From contig JAANOX010000068.1 of the NCBI GenBank assembly GCA_020184695.1, positions 62,001 through 126,000 of the forward strand: a stretch of 64,000 nucleotides of DNA. The letters are read 5' to 3'. The notes under the pieces were generated by a model. It had not been told where the DNA came from. It made no database searches and saw only the letters and a list, made by a program, of their open reading frames with translations. This stretch comes from Histomonas meleagridis 2922-C6/04-290x (lineage: Eukaryota > Protista > Parabasalia). Position numbers and translations under genes: made by a program. Within the stretch, counting starts at the first letter, position 1, and each line of letters begins with the position of its first letter. This document shows, piece by piece, positions 1-11,500 of this stretch.

Positions 1-1059
1 AATTCCATCGGTTTTGATCGACGACGATAGGAACGATATGTATTCATCATCAACGATGGTATCGTCCTCCGTATCGTCCCCACTTTCAGAGTCTGACGAT
101 GAGATTTCAAAGGTCCGATGGAAGTGGGAGTTGATTGATGGGAAATGTTTTTCGATAAATTTTTCAACCTCAGGGCGGATATGTTCTGGTTGTTGCAATA
201 TATGATCTCTAATGGAGATAAAGATATCTTTCGTATGTGAATTAATGCAATGAGTTACAAGTTCTTGTGTTGATTCAAAAACTTGGGGACACTTAGGACA
301 TTTGTTATTACTTTGTGAATCACTATTTCCTAGAAATGTTTTAAGTAATTTATGGGATAAAAGAATATGATTCAGAAGATCATTGAATGGAAATGAAAAC
401 TTACTACAAAATGGACATAACTCTAGCTCTTCATATTCTTGTGAACTTGACCTCGATATTATTATTTTCTTGTTTTTATCTTTGAAGTCATTTGAGGTGC
501 TTCTTTCAACTTTAATGCTTGGCATTTGTGGCTTAGAAGTTGAACTATCTGAAGTTAAATCTAACTTAGGTTTTTCAACCTTAAGCTCAAACTTTTGGGT
601 TACACGATTTCCTGGATTTCGCACCATGGCTTGTTCTGATGTTGATCTTGGGACCTCGATCTTGATGGGATTTGGTTTGTTACGGTTCTTTGATTTCTGT
701 TGATTTATTGGTTTGTTTTGTTTTCTACCTCCAACAGAAAATTTAGGCGAAGGCTCAGTTTTGATTTCGATTTGTTTTGGATTAATCTGCTGTATTTGAT
801 CACTTTGATTTTGTTTTTCTTCTTTATGTTGCTGGTCATTTGTTGTTGCTATTAATTTTGCATCAATTTGTACGTTTTCATTGGAATTAACTTTTGGCAC
901 TGACTGAACTTCTTCTTTTTGTTCGGAATTGTCTTCGCTATCCGATGTTGAGATTCCATCGAGATCAAGGGAAAATAATTGATCTTGCACTCCGGTATGT
1001 GTCCAAACCGAAAAATTGCCGATAGTTTTCAATTTTGATAAAAGGTTAACGTTTTTCAT
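1..1059 (-). CDS. C2H2 zinc-finger protein, partial (runs off the left edge; absent from the ORF track)
   Basis: Hand translation from ATG 1059 is open to base 1 (353 codons). Low-complexity Q/K/S N-terminus, then CPFCSKFSFPFNDLLNHILLSH and CPKCPQVFESTQELVTHCINSH (CxxC...HxxxH), then an acidic stretch. Confidence 0.8.
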   Translation of the reverse strand, partial: MKNVNLLSKLKTIGNFSVWTHTGVQDQLFSLDLDGISTSDSEDNSEQKEEVQSVPKVNSNENVQIDAKLIATTNDQQHKEEKQNQSDQIQQINPKQIEIKTEPSPKFSVGGRKQNKPINQQKSKNRNKPNPIKIEVPRSTSEQAMVRNPGNRVTQKFELKVEKPKLDLTSDSSTSKPQMPSIKVERSTSNDFKDKNKKIIISRSSSQEYEELELCPFCSKFSFPFNDLLNHILLSHKLLKTFLGNSDSQSNNKCPKCPQVFESTQELVTHCINSHTKDIFISIRDHILQQPEHIRPEVEKFIEKHFPSINSHFHRTFEISSSDSESGDDTEDDTIVDDEYISFLSSSIKTDGI

Positions 1060-1310
1060 CTTGGATGTCACTTTTGTGATAAAAGGGCTATTCGACTAAA
1101 TTTATGGGGTTTGTTTTGTGATGTTTACAAAAAAGCATTGAAAGTCTGGGGTAACTGGACAAGGAATAAATGAAGCATTTGACAAACCAACCAATGATAA
1201 AAATAAAGAAAATGAAGCACAACCAACTCGAAAAGATTTATGTACTGTTCAATAATTATCATTATTTTGTTAAAAAAAGTCATAAAAATTATTTTGTTTG
1301 ATTTAAAATA

Positions 1311-3070
1311 CAGTTGGGGATTTAAACGTGTCCCAGGAATCAAAGTGGTCCCATACGTTAAAATACGTTAATAAATAATCTTTAATAAAATTTCATTTAT
1401 CTCAATGTCAACATTAACACCAGCAATGCCACTAGATGAAATTAAACAAAAATTAGATACTATTGGTATTTCTCAATAATTTACTCGATCATTATTAAGG
1501 AATCCTGACTCTATGAACTTAGAATATAAAAATCATCAGCTTTGTTTTCTCTACAAATATGCATCTGAATTAGATGATGTTACTTTCACTTTTAATCAAC
1601 TAGCATTCGTCTATAATATGTGCCGTAAAACTGTATCTAGAAGTATTTCAAACGGCCCACAAGATCCAAAACCTTTAGATCGACATAGAGCATTAGATGA
1701 AGATAAAGAAGAAATAATTGTTCAAGCAATTATTGATTCATCTAATGAAGGTCATGCAATGACCCAAAGGCAGTTATTATCTTTTATCAAAAAAAAATTT
1801 GATTTATCTTTAACAAAGGGATGGATAAATCAATTTTATCTTAGAAATATAGATCAAATTAAAAAATGTATATCACCTTATCAAAAAGTCACAAGAATGA
1901 CAGTTCCTAGAGGACATTTGAAAGAACACTTTCAAAACATGCATAAACATGTGGATGGAAGGTTAACAGAATTAGTTTTTGATTTAGATGAAGCAGGAAC
2001 TTCATCTTGGAAAGATCGAAAAACGAAGAAAGTTTTCGTTGATGCTAAGATTAACTCAAACAATGTTCATCATTTTTCAACAAGAAAAGTAACTCTTATG
2101 ACACTCCTTACATGTGTTTCAGCAGCAGGTGATGCTTATACTCCCATGTTAATAACAAAACACTAATATAGTGATGATCAATGAATAAACTATTTACGAC
2201 ATAATGAATATGTGATGATTCGTATTCGAAATTTACCTTACGTTGATTCTAAGTTATTTAATGAATATATTAATGATGTATTGATTCCATATGTCAAATG
2301 TGTAAGAGAAAAATATGAAGTTGAAGAGTATGAAGCAATTTTATTAATGGATTCATTTGGTGCGCATTGTAACGTTGACATTCTGAAAGTTTTGAGAGAA
2401 AATAATATAATTCGTTTATGTTTTTCTTCCCATACCACAAACATTTTCCAAGCCCTTGATTTGTCATTATTTGACGTTTTTAATATAATCAAAAATACTG
2501 TTGAAGATGAAGAAAGCCAAAAAATGGTAGAAAATGCAATTATCGTCATATTAAAGGCATACGAGCAGATCACAACATCATTTAACATTCGTGGGGCTTT
2601 CAGAAGGGCAGAAATAAGTACTAAAACTGTTGCTGGTAAGAGAGTTGTCGAATTTGTTGCCAAAGAGCTGGTTTCGAATCCAGGATTTAATGAACTTTGG
2701 AATTTTAATATAAAAATCGATGAAGTCAAAAAGAAAAAACAACACAAATTCGGCATCGTGAATTCTGAATACCTTCCACCTGGTTGTACTTTAATTAGCA
2801 ACGAAACTCCAAAATATGAAGATGAAGATGAAATAAATCAACTTTCGCAATAAAAAGCAAATTGCACTTTTTTACTTTTATATATGAGATATCATAGTTT
2901 AAATGAATATTTATATTTATAAAAGAATAATTTAAAACATTTTTATAAATATAAATAATTAAAACCAATAAATAAATGAGATATTTATCTTTGTTTCTAA
3001 AATTTCTGACATCTAAGTGCAAACGTATGGGGCAACTTTAATTCATAGGACACGTTTAAATGCCTAACTG
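1311..3070 (+). mobile_element. Tc1/mariner-superfamily (pogo/Fot1-like, DD35D) DNA transposon, decayed
   Basis: 49-bp terminal inverted repeats at 1311-1359 and 3022-3070 (42/49 identical), starting CAGT. TA precedes the left end (1309-1310); the right flank is TT. Encloses a DDE_1-type transposase. Confidence 0.9.
1405..2853 (+). pseudogene. pogo-like DDE transposase pseudogene
   Basis: ATG 1405, ORF 1513-2166 and ORF 2212-2853 share one frame, broken by TAA 1477, TAA 2164 and TGA 2182. HTH/CENP-B-like N-terminus (SLTKGWINQFYLRN); catalytic motifs FDLDE, LLMDSFGAH and FQALD, with 35 residues between the last two Asp. Confidence 0.85.
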
Positions 3071-3603
3071 TTTTTATCAATGTTTTTGTTCTTTCTTTCT
3101 GGGTTTATTAACATATTAAGCAAATATTTTATTAATAATAAATATAAAAAAGAAAAATATATTTTAATGTCATTTATTAATGCTTCAAAAGAGAATATTT
3201 TTCAAATTTATATGATAATGGAGTTCCATATAATTCAGATATTTTTGATAGGTTTCACTTACAAAAAATGATAATCATGGTGAATATTTTGTTTATGATA
3301 GTTCTTGATAAAATAGTTAATAGTGATTATTTTAAATATTCAACAAATTAAAATTTATAGGAGAAAATTTAGAATATATAGGGGCTCATTTTTCATTGTT
3401 TGTGAAAACCTTATAAATGAATATATTTTTATTGTCAAACACTTTGACTATGACATTTTTAATGAAAAATAAATTTATTTGCTCGAGCGTAACTCATCAA
3501 ATGTTATTTTCTTTTGTTCATTGGATAATAGCGTGACCGTTAATATAAATTAAAAGTTGTATTTGATGATATAACCGCTGTCTTTGTTTCTCATCAATTT
3601 TAC

Positions 3604-4182
3604 ATGAGCAACAAAGGAAACAACAAAAGACAAAACCAAGTGAACCAAGGTATAAACCATGGAGCCAATCCTCCTCAAGTTATAAATCCTAATTTTCAAG
3701 CTGTGAATCCTGCTCAGATATTAGCTAATCTTAATATGGAGGTATTCAACCTTAATTCCCAAATAATGAATCTAAATTCGCAAATAATGAGCTTAAACCA
3801 GCAAATTATGCAGATCAATTCTCAGAATCAACAATTAGGAAATCTACAAATGATGCAGCAAAATCAACCAAATCTTCCTTATCAACAGATAATGCAACCA
3901 AACCAGCCAAATCTTCTTTATCAACAGCAAATGCAACAGAACCAACAGCCAAATCTTCCTTTTCAACAAGTGGTGCAACCAAACCAGCCAAATCTTCTTT
4001 ACCAACAGCAAATGCAACAAAACCAACAGCCAAATCTTCCTTATCAACAGCAAATGCAACAGAACCAACAGCCAAATCTTCCTTATCAACAGCAAATGCA
4101 ACAGAACCAACAGCCAAATCTTCCTTATCAACAGCAAATGCTTCAAATCCAACCATCAACACCACCACCAAGCAACAACTAA
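3604..4182 (+). CDS. Q/N-rich low-complexity protein with 13-14 aa tandem repeats
   Basis: 192-aa ATG ORF with seven PNL(P/L)(Y/F)QQ.MQ.NQ(Q) units; no globular domain recognised. Confidence 0.65.
   Translation: MSNKGNNKRQNQVNQGINHGANPPQVINPNFQAVNPAQILANLNMEVFNLNSQIMNLNSQIMSLNQQIMQINSQNQQLGNLQMMQQNQPNLPYQQIMQPNQPNLLYQQQMQQNQQPNLPFQQVVQPNQPNLLYQQQMQQNQQPNLPYQQQMQQNQQPNLPYQQQMQQNQQPNLPYQQQMLQIQPSTPPPSNN
3868..4140 (+). repeat. 39/42-bp coding minisatellite
   Basis: Repeated ccaaatcttc(c/t)ttatcaacagcaaatgcaacagaaccaacag units, all frame-preserving. Confidence 0.9.
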
Positions 4183-4580
4183 ATACATCAGTAAACAAAA
4201 GATACATAATACATGTATAATCAGGAAATTTGCTAATTTTTGAAAAATAATGAATAATAATGTTCTTATTTTTGCTTTAAAGTTATAACTTTTCTGAAAT
4301 TCACCTTTTGATTAGTTGGGGAACAATTTTCATTTGTGCTGTTGAAGTTGCTTTGTATACACACACTATATTTTATGTAATATGAATAAAGAGTTGTTTA
4401 ATATTGTTCTAATTAGAAATTTTCTGAATTTTAAGTATAGAAATAATTGTATAAGTAAAATTTATTGAAGTCAATTGAAGACAATTACTCTTAATTTCTC
4501 CCTTGTAAACATCAATATTCATAATTATGATAAAGTGAATATCTCTTTTATTAATTGGACAATTTTTCCGATGACTCAAA

Positions 4581-5171
4581 TTATAGAAGAGAAAAAAACA
4601 TTTTATGAATATGAATTATATATAAGTATGCCAAAATTTTAATATCTACATAAAAAGACAACAAATAAAAAAGATAAGAGAGAAAAACATTTATACAATT
4701 TTCTTTCCAGCAAATTGGAAGGACACTAGTTGAAGGAGAGTTTGCAGTAAAATCTGTTTTATATATCTCTTCACTTTTATTCTCTTCTGCGTTATTTTGT
4801 AAGGATTCAAACATAGAATAATAACTGGCAATCTTCCTTTGGAATCGTGAGTTTGTCTCATAACGCATAAAATTTGTGTCAATTCGCTTATAGTAAAGAA
4901 GAATGTCATGGAATGTTAACTCAAGAAAATTTTCGGTATTTCTTTTTTTCAGTTTTTTTGGTTTAGCTGTTATTTGCGTTTCATAAATATACACATGAGA
5001 GCCATCACTAATTCCATATAACGCAAATGTAAAAAGAGATATCAAAATTGTATCATTATATATCAAGTATGCATTCGATCTGTCTTTTAGTAAAACATTG
5101 ATTGGATCCATTTCATCAACGAAAACCTGGGTAACTATGCTCCTTGATATATCGTGAAGTAGGATTTTCAT
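4581..5171 (-). CDS. Ubiquitin-like-fold protein (divergent)
   Basis: N-terminus ends in a UBL-like pattern (LIYNDTIL...TFALYGISDGSHVYI); late PSTSVLPICW motif. The last ~30 codons look like AT-rich read-through. Confidence 0.5.
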   Translation of the reverse strand: MKILLHDISRSIVTQVFVDEMDPINVLLKDRSNAYLIYNDTILISLFTFALYGISDGSHVYIYETQITAKPKKLKKRNTENFLELTFHDILLYYKRIDTNFMRYETNSRFQRKIASYYSMFESLQNNAEENKSEEIYKTDFTANSPSTSVLPICWKENCINVFLSYLFYLLSFYVDIKILAYLYIIHIHKMFFSLL

Positions 5172-5823
5172 GAAAAGAAATGATTATACCTCTCAAATAG
5201 GATTTGACCTGAATTTTCGGTTAATTCAGAGCACCAATTTTATTAATTCAAAACGATGTACTTTTTCAAATCATAAAATTAATATCTAGACAAAATTGTT
5301 AAAGTTCGAATTTCTCTCAAATATAATTCGAACGCGGCCATTCTTAATACGTCTAATTCGGTCTAATTTCAATACACTTATTTAAGTCATTTAAATGAAT
5401 AATATAATAATATTTAAGAATTTTTATTTGACACATGATGACATCATCGGCGGTTATTTGGACATTTTTTTTGTTACAACTTGATCTCTTTTAAATATCG
5501 TCCATTAACACATTGCATAATTTCCCTGCGATGGAATTCAATTGCTGCTGAATATGCGCAGTAAAAAAATGTATAATTTTGCTCGCATAAATAAATTATC
5601 TCTAAGTTTTCACCTTTTGCATTATTCATAAGTAAATATTAAAAACTTTCTATTACACCAAAAATTCTCCGTAATTAACTAATGTAACATTGCTTTGACT
5701 AATAAATGTTCATCTTTCACAAAGTTATGTCACATTAAATTTACTTGTGATGACATTTTTTGAAGTTTTTCTGTTTCATCATTTCGAATTACTTCTTCAT
5801 ACAAAGCGAAAGAAAGTGTTTAT

Positions 5824-7428
5824 TCAATAAAGGCTGCCGTAGCCATCTCTTCTCCTTTGGCATATTACGAGGAAGACGATGAACCCAATAATCAAAAGCA
5901 CCACGACGCCAATGCATATTCCGATTACGAGCCAATTGTTGCCATCCTTTGGGACTGAGCATTCAGTTTGGTTTGTTATCTTGAAGCTTCCGAACGCAGC
6001 GTCTTGATACGAGTTCAGTGTTATCACTTGTGCTGCAGGGACGCGGTCGAAAGCAGAAGCGCCGATTTGCGGCTGCTTTTCGCCACTGTAATATATGCAA
6101 TAAAGTGCTGTGCATCGGTAAAATGTATAATTACCAATTGTCGCAACGTTGCTTCCGATATAAAGGAAGTTTAATTTTATGCATTTGTAAAACGCATAAT
6201 TTCCAATTGTTGACGTTGCGTTTGATATTGTTATGTTTTCTAATGAATTACATTCATAAAATGCATAATTACCAATAACTGATACACTGCTTCCAATGTT
6301 TCCGATCTTTAATTTTGCACATGAATAAAACGCATAGTTTCCAATGATCGAAACAGAGTTTGGAATTGTTACGTTTTCTAATGAAGAACAATTGTAGAAT
6401 ACGTAATCATTGATTGCGCTAACAGTGTTTGGAATGTTATAAAATGCGTTCGAAAGGCCAATTGGATAATAAATAATTGAAGTTATTTCTTTGTTGTATA
6501 TAACGCCATCGTTGTTATAATTGGTGTAATATTTGTTGTTAGTTGATACATTAATCGATTGGAGACTGTAACAGTCGAAAAACATTTGCGATCCAATCAT
6601 TGCATTATCGCCAATATAAAACGACTTTAACTTTGAGCAGTTAGTGAATACATAATCACCATATGTAACAATGTTGTTTCCAATGTTGACGAGTTCTAAT
6701 AGATAACAATATGCAAATGCATAATCTTGAATTTCATTGACTGAACTTGGTATTGTAACGCTTTGTAATGACGCACATTCATAAAATGCGTAATGTCCAA
6801 TTGTAGTGACGTTATTGCCAATGGTAACTGTTGTTAATTTATTGCATGCATAAAATGTTTTGTTGCCAATTGTGGTGACATTATTTCCAATGTTTGCTGT
6901 CTCTAGCTTTACGCAGTTGGCAAATAAAGTTTCGCCAATCGTTGTAACCGAATCTGGAATGTAAATTTTTTGTAATGATGAACAATTAGCAAACGCAGAA
7001 TCACCGATTGTTGTAACTTTGTTTCCAATGTTTACATTTTGTAAGTTATGACAACTTTGGAATAATTCTTTTCCAAGTGTAATAACTGAATCTGGAATTG
7101 TAACGTTTAGTAATTTTGAGCAAGAAGAAAATGCATATTCTCCAATCGTGGTAACATTAGCTCCAATATTAACAGATTCGAGAAGTGGGCATTGAGAAAA
7201 TGAGTAATTTCCAATTTCAATTACTGAGGCTAATATATTAACGGATGCTAACTTTGGCCAACTCTGAAAATATTTTGAAGGAATTTCTGTTACTTCTCCA
7301 CCAATGATAACATGAATGGTTTCATCCTTATGCTGCGAATCAAATTCATCTGGTTTTGTGATTTCAAGCGTTCCTTGAGAAAAGTATTGAGATGTTAAAC
7401 TAAAAAATAGAGCTAAAATAATTGTCAT
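5824..7428 (-). CDS. bspA: BspA-like leucine-rich-repeat (TpLRR) surface protein
   Basis: Signal peptide, repeated L..V.IP.SVT.IG..AF..C..L units, C-terminal TM helix, short tail ending YGSLY (YxxPhi-like). Confidence 0.93.
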   Translation of the reverse strand: MTIILALFFSLTSQYFSQGTLEITKPDEFDSQHKDETIHVIIGGEVTEIPSKYFQSWPKLASVNILASVIEIGNYSFSQCPLLESVNIGANVTTIGEYAFSSCSKLLNVTIPDSVITLGKELFQSCHNLQNVNIGNKVTTIGDSAFANCSSLQKIYIPDSVTTIGETLFANCVKLETANIGNNVTTIGNKTFYACNKLTTVTIGNNVTTIGHYAFYECASLQSVTIPSSVNEIQDYAFAYCYLLELVNIGNNIVTYGDYVFTNCSKLKSFYIGDNAMIGSQMFFDCYSLQSINVSTNNKYYTNYNNDGVIYNKEITSIIYYPIGLSNAFYNIPNTVSAINDYVFYNCSSLENVTIPNSVSIIGNYAFYSCAKLKIGNIGSSVSVIGNYAFYECNSLENITISNATSTIGNYAFYKCIKLNFLYIGSNVATIGNYTFYRCTALYCIYYSGEKQPQIGASAFDRVPAAQVITLNSYQDAAFGSFKITNQTECSVPKDGNNWLVIGICIGVVVLLIIGFIVFLVICQRRRDGYGSLY

Positions 7429-7737
7429 TTAATAATATGTCAATGTGACGTGATTTAACCGACAAAACATGTCGTAAAACAGTTTTAACTGTGCGTCACG
7501 ACGGAAAATTTTTTAACTGTCTCAAATTCCTTATAACAAAACTTAGAATCATGAAAAATACATTGTTTTCTTTTATGTAATTTAACAAATGCAATTTATT
7601 CAGAAAAAAAAATCCAAATACGGCATATATTTTGAAAATAAAAATATATGAAATTTAAGTAATTCCATAGACATCAATACAGAGTTTAACAAGTAGTCGA
7701 TGTTTGAGGAATATTTAACAAATAATGATAATAATTT

Positions 7738-8145
7738 TTATTCACTTTCTGTATCTGTTTCATATGCTTTTTCTACATTACTACACAATTTAATGATTTC
7801 GCTTAGGTGATCATTAAACCATTTTATTAACAATTTTTTCGATCGCTTTTGATTTCTGGATAATTTTCTTTTGAGTTGACCACTCAAAATCATTGCATTT
7901 TTGAGAAGTTCTTTATGTGTTATTTTGTTCCATTTTTTTTCTTTTATAAGTTGCCAAGCAGGTGATGATTCAAAATCAAATGTATCATTATGTTCATCTT
8001 CTATATGTGGAAAGCTTTGAACCATAATTTCTATATCATCGAATAATTCTTCGAATTCGAGATTCATTATGGATTTTGTTTTCAACATAAGTGAACAATT
8101 ATGATAAGCAACAGGTTCAGTTCGAGAAAATAATGTAAACTTCAT
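7738..8145 (-). CDS. Hypothetical small basic helical protein
   Basis: 135-aa ATG ORF; helical basic C-half with RNQKRSKKLLIKWFNDH. Confidence 0.55.
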   Translation of the reverse strand: MKFTLFSRTEPVAYHNCSLMLKTKSIMNLEFEELFDDIEIMVQSFPHIEDEHNDTFDFESSPAWQLIKEKKWNKITHKELLKNAMILSGQLKRKLSRNQKRSKKLLIKWFNDHLSEIIKLCSNVEKAYETDTESE

Positions 8146-8567
8146 AAAATTTTAATTTTATGAATTCAATTTTCAATTGATATTAAAATTTTGACAATGA
8201 TTCACGATGTAATTTTTATTGGTCTCAATATTTGATAAAAAGAATTGGGTTAAGTCACGTAAGAATCATCGAACAAAGTCTCTCATTTTTGTTCCTTGTT
8301 GAAAATTTTATGATTTTGGCCAGAAATTGTGATGAAAAATCACTTTTTGAAATAAATCTTAATGTTGGACACATAGACACCAATATTAGAACAACGTTGT
8401 TCAAAATAATGTATTCAGTCGTATTCCTATTTTTTATGTATAACGTTATTCAACGAAACGTTCTAAATTTATGCAAGCTTCATAAAATTCACCATAACTT
8501 TCCATCTTTTATTTTGTAGAGAAAAACAAAATTTTGTAATATAAATATTGATATAAAAACACTATTC

Positions 8568-11500
8568 TTAAATTTTATTTAGATCTATAGGTGCTAAAAA
8601 TAGTTTTCCGCATTTTAGCATTATTAAAGCTATTGAGTTTTCCTTCAAAAATGTAACAGAATGTACATCATCGTCTACTTTCAAGAAATAATTTTTCGCT
8701 TCTAAAAAGAACACTTCGAAGCAAAAACATTTTCCTTTATCATCGGCCATTAATATATAATCGAATCCGTCATTTGACTTAAAGCAATTCCATGCCACAA
8801 CAGCACTATCAATTTCAGTATTTCTAATGAAATCGCCGTTAATATTATATAACGCCAACAAATGTTTCGTTATACCATTAATAATTTTCGTCATATATAC
8901 CAAAATGAAACCCCATTCAGGTGTAATCGTAACCATTAAAGGTTGCCATCCATCAAGTTCAACGACTTTTGTAACACATTGATTATTTAATGAGCAAATT
9001 AATAATGATCCATCATTCGTACCACATACGAAAGAATTATATAAAGAACTTAAAGCAATACAAGAAATAGAAGAAGTAAATGTCGGTATTGTAAAAACAG
9101 GCTTTAAAAATTGTTCATTTCGATATAATGAGATATAAGAAGTATTAAAAGCTATTGCAATCCAATCTTTATCAGCAGATAATGCAATTATTTCATCTCT
9201 AAATCTTTTAATTAATTCACATTTGTTTATTGAATATTGAACTTTATAAAGTTCTGTTGGATCTTGTCCAATAATAATTGAAGAATCAAATGAAATTTGT
9301 GTTGCAATTTGTTTAATGTTTTTAGATTTAGTTTCTAATTGTTGAATTGTTCCAATGAAATTTGATTTTGTTGTATTGGAACGATTTCGCTTAAAGATTT
9401 CTTTAAATTGTGAAGTTGTTTGTAATGATTTAATGTTTAAATTAGTTACAAATGAATTACCATTATAATTAGTAATTGCTGTTTTAATTATATTATTATT
9501 TAATTCATTAAATGATACAATAATATAATTAGAATTTGTTAATGTGATATTAAATGTTTCAGTTATTATTGGTTTCTTTATGAATTTTGTTCGTTTTGGA
9601 TGTGGATTATCAAATAATTGTGGTGGTACTTGTCCAACATGACAAAGAATTGCTTCGATTTGTGACCTTAAATTTGGATCACTTAAAGTTTTCTCATTCC
9701 AAATATTTTGATACATTTCTGGTAAAAATACATTATCAGCTTTATATGATTTTTCTCCATTTTGTTTCTCGCCCCAAATTAAATCAATCCAATTATTTAA
9801 GTTTTCGGATATATAATCACTTTCTAAAGCTTTTCGATGTAAATATATGAAGTCATAAGGCGTTTTAGCCCAAGGTGGAAGTTCTACGTCATCAATTTTC
9901 GTTGAATCACAATAACCTAAATCGAAATGATCTTTATTAATTAAAAATTCTGGTGAGAAATAAAATTCAGGAATTAATTCCAAGTAATCATTTAAATTAT
10001 TATATGATAATTCAAATGAATGTTTAATAGATGCAAATAAACGAGCTGGATGATCAAAACGACCACTTTGTATCTCAATATGTAAAGAAGTAAAAGGTTC
10101 AAGTCTTAATAAGAATAAATAAACATTTAATGAATTACTTGATCCACTATTATATAAATAAGGTTTAACATTCATTGATTCAAATATTTCATTTCGTAAT
10201 TTTAATTGATTTAATCTATTTTCATTTAATGCACCAATTGGTTTAGATAAATCTCTAAAATTATTCCTATCAAATAAATTTAATTTTGTCGATGTATAAT
10301 TAGTTAATATCCATGGCATTAAAGGATATTGTGATGTATCATTAAAACTACGTCCACTATATATGTTAAGTTTCATTAAATATTCAAAATTAGAGATTTT
10401 ATGATTAATCCATTGTTCTGTTAAGTTTGTATCAGAGAAATATGATTTAAATGATTTGTTTTGGATAATTAATCCTGGAATTTGTAATGAAGTTAAAGAA
10501 CGTAAAATAGATAATGAATTAACATCAAAAAAGTTAATGAAATAAGTTTCACCATTAATAGTAAATATTTCTATAGCTGTTTGTTTATGGAAACGTGTTC
10601 TTAAATAAATGTTTTTAATATTTTTAAGTTTAATAATAATTGTTTTATTATTATTAGTTTTCGTTAATACTATAGAATCATTTAATAATGTAAATATTGA
10701 TTTAATATTACTTTTAACTTTAATTATTTCACAAGGAATTTCTATAATACAACGTGAAACATTAATTAAAGATTTTTGTTGTTGTTGAATTTCAGGTTCA
10801 TTTTCAAATAATTCAAGTAATTGCGTTGGTGCATTTTCTTTATATTTTTTGGTTAATTCTTTCTTATATTCTTCATATAATATTTGCGCATCATTTTTAC
10901 TTCCTGCATCTCTTAAGAATGATGCATCCATATGATCATTAAAATGTTTATTTAATTTTAATTTACTTGGATACATGAAATTACATAAAGTTGAATCTCG
11001 TTTCATATGAATTTGTTTAATATACGATTTGGGTAATGATAAATGCCATGGCGCTTTATTAGCTGTAAAACAACTCCAACAACTATTCCAAAGTTTCTCA
11101 TTTTGATTCTTTCTTTGGCCATTATTATCAATAAAATCAGCAATTACATTTGTTGATAATAAAACAATTCCATCGTTAATCATTCCAAATATTTCGAATG
11201 CTTTATTAGAGTTAATATTTTGGAATGAAATTAAATGTTTTAATAATCGTAAAGGTCCAATAGTTAATTCATCAGGTTCAAATGAACTTTTAGAATTAAG
11301 GAATTTAAATAAAATTGATTCACATTCATTAATTGGATTATGAATAAATCGCTTATAACCTTTCATTCTTAAATGATGATCTAAAAGTAATGCATATATT
11401 GATTGAGTATGAAGTAAAGGAATTATTTCTTGAACTTTTGTATAATTATCATGTAAAAGAAATGAACAAATTAATAACATCAAATCATTATATTTCAAGT

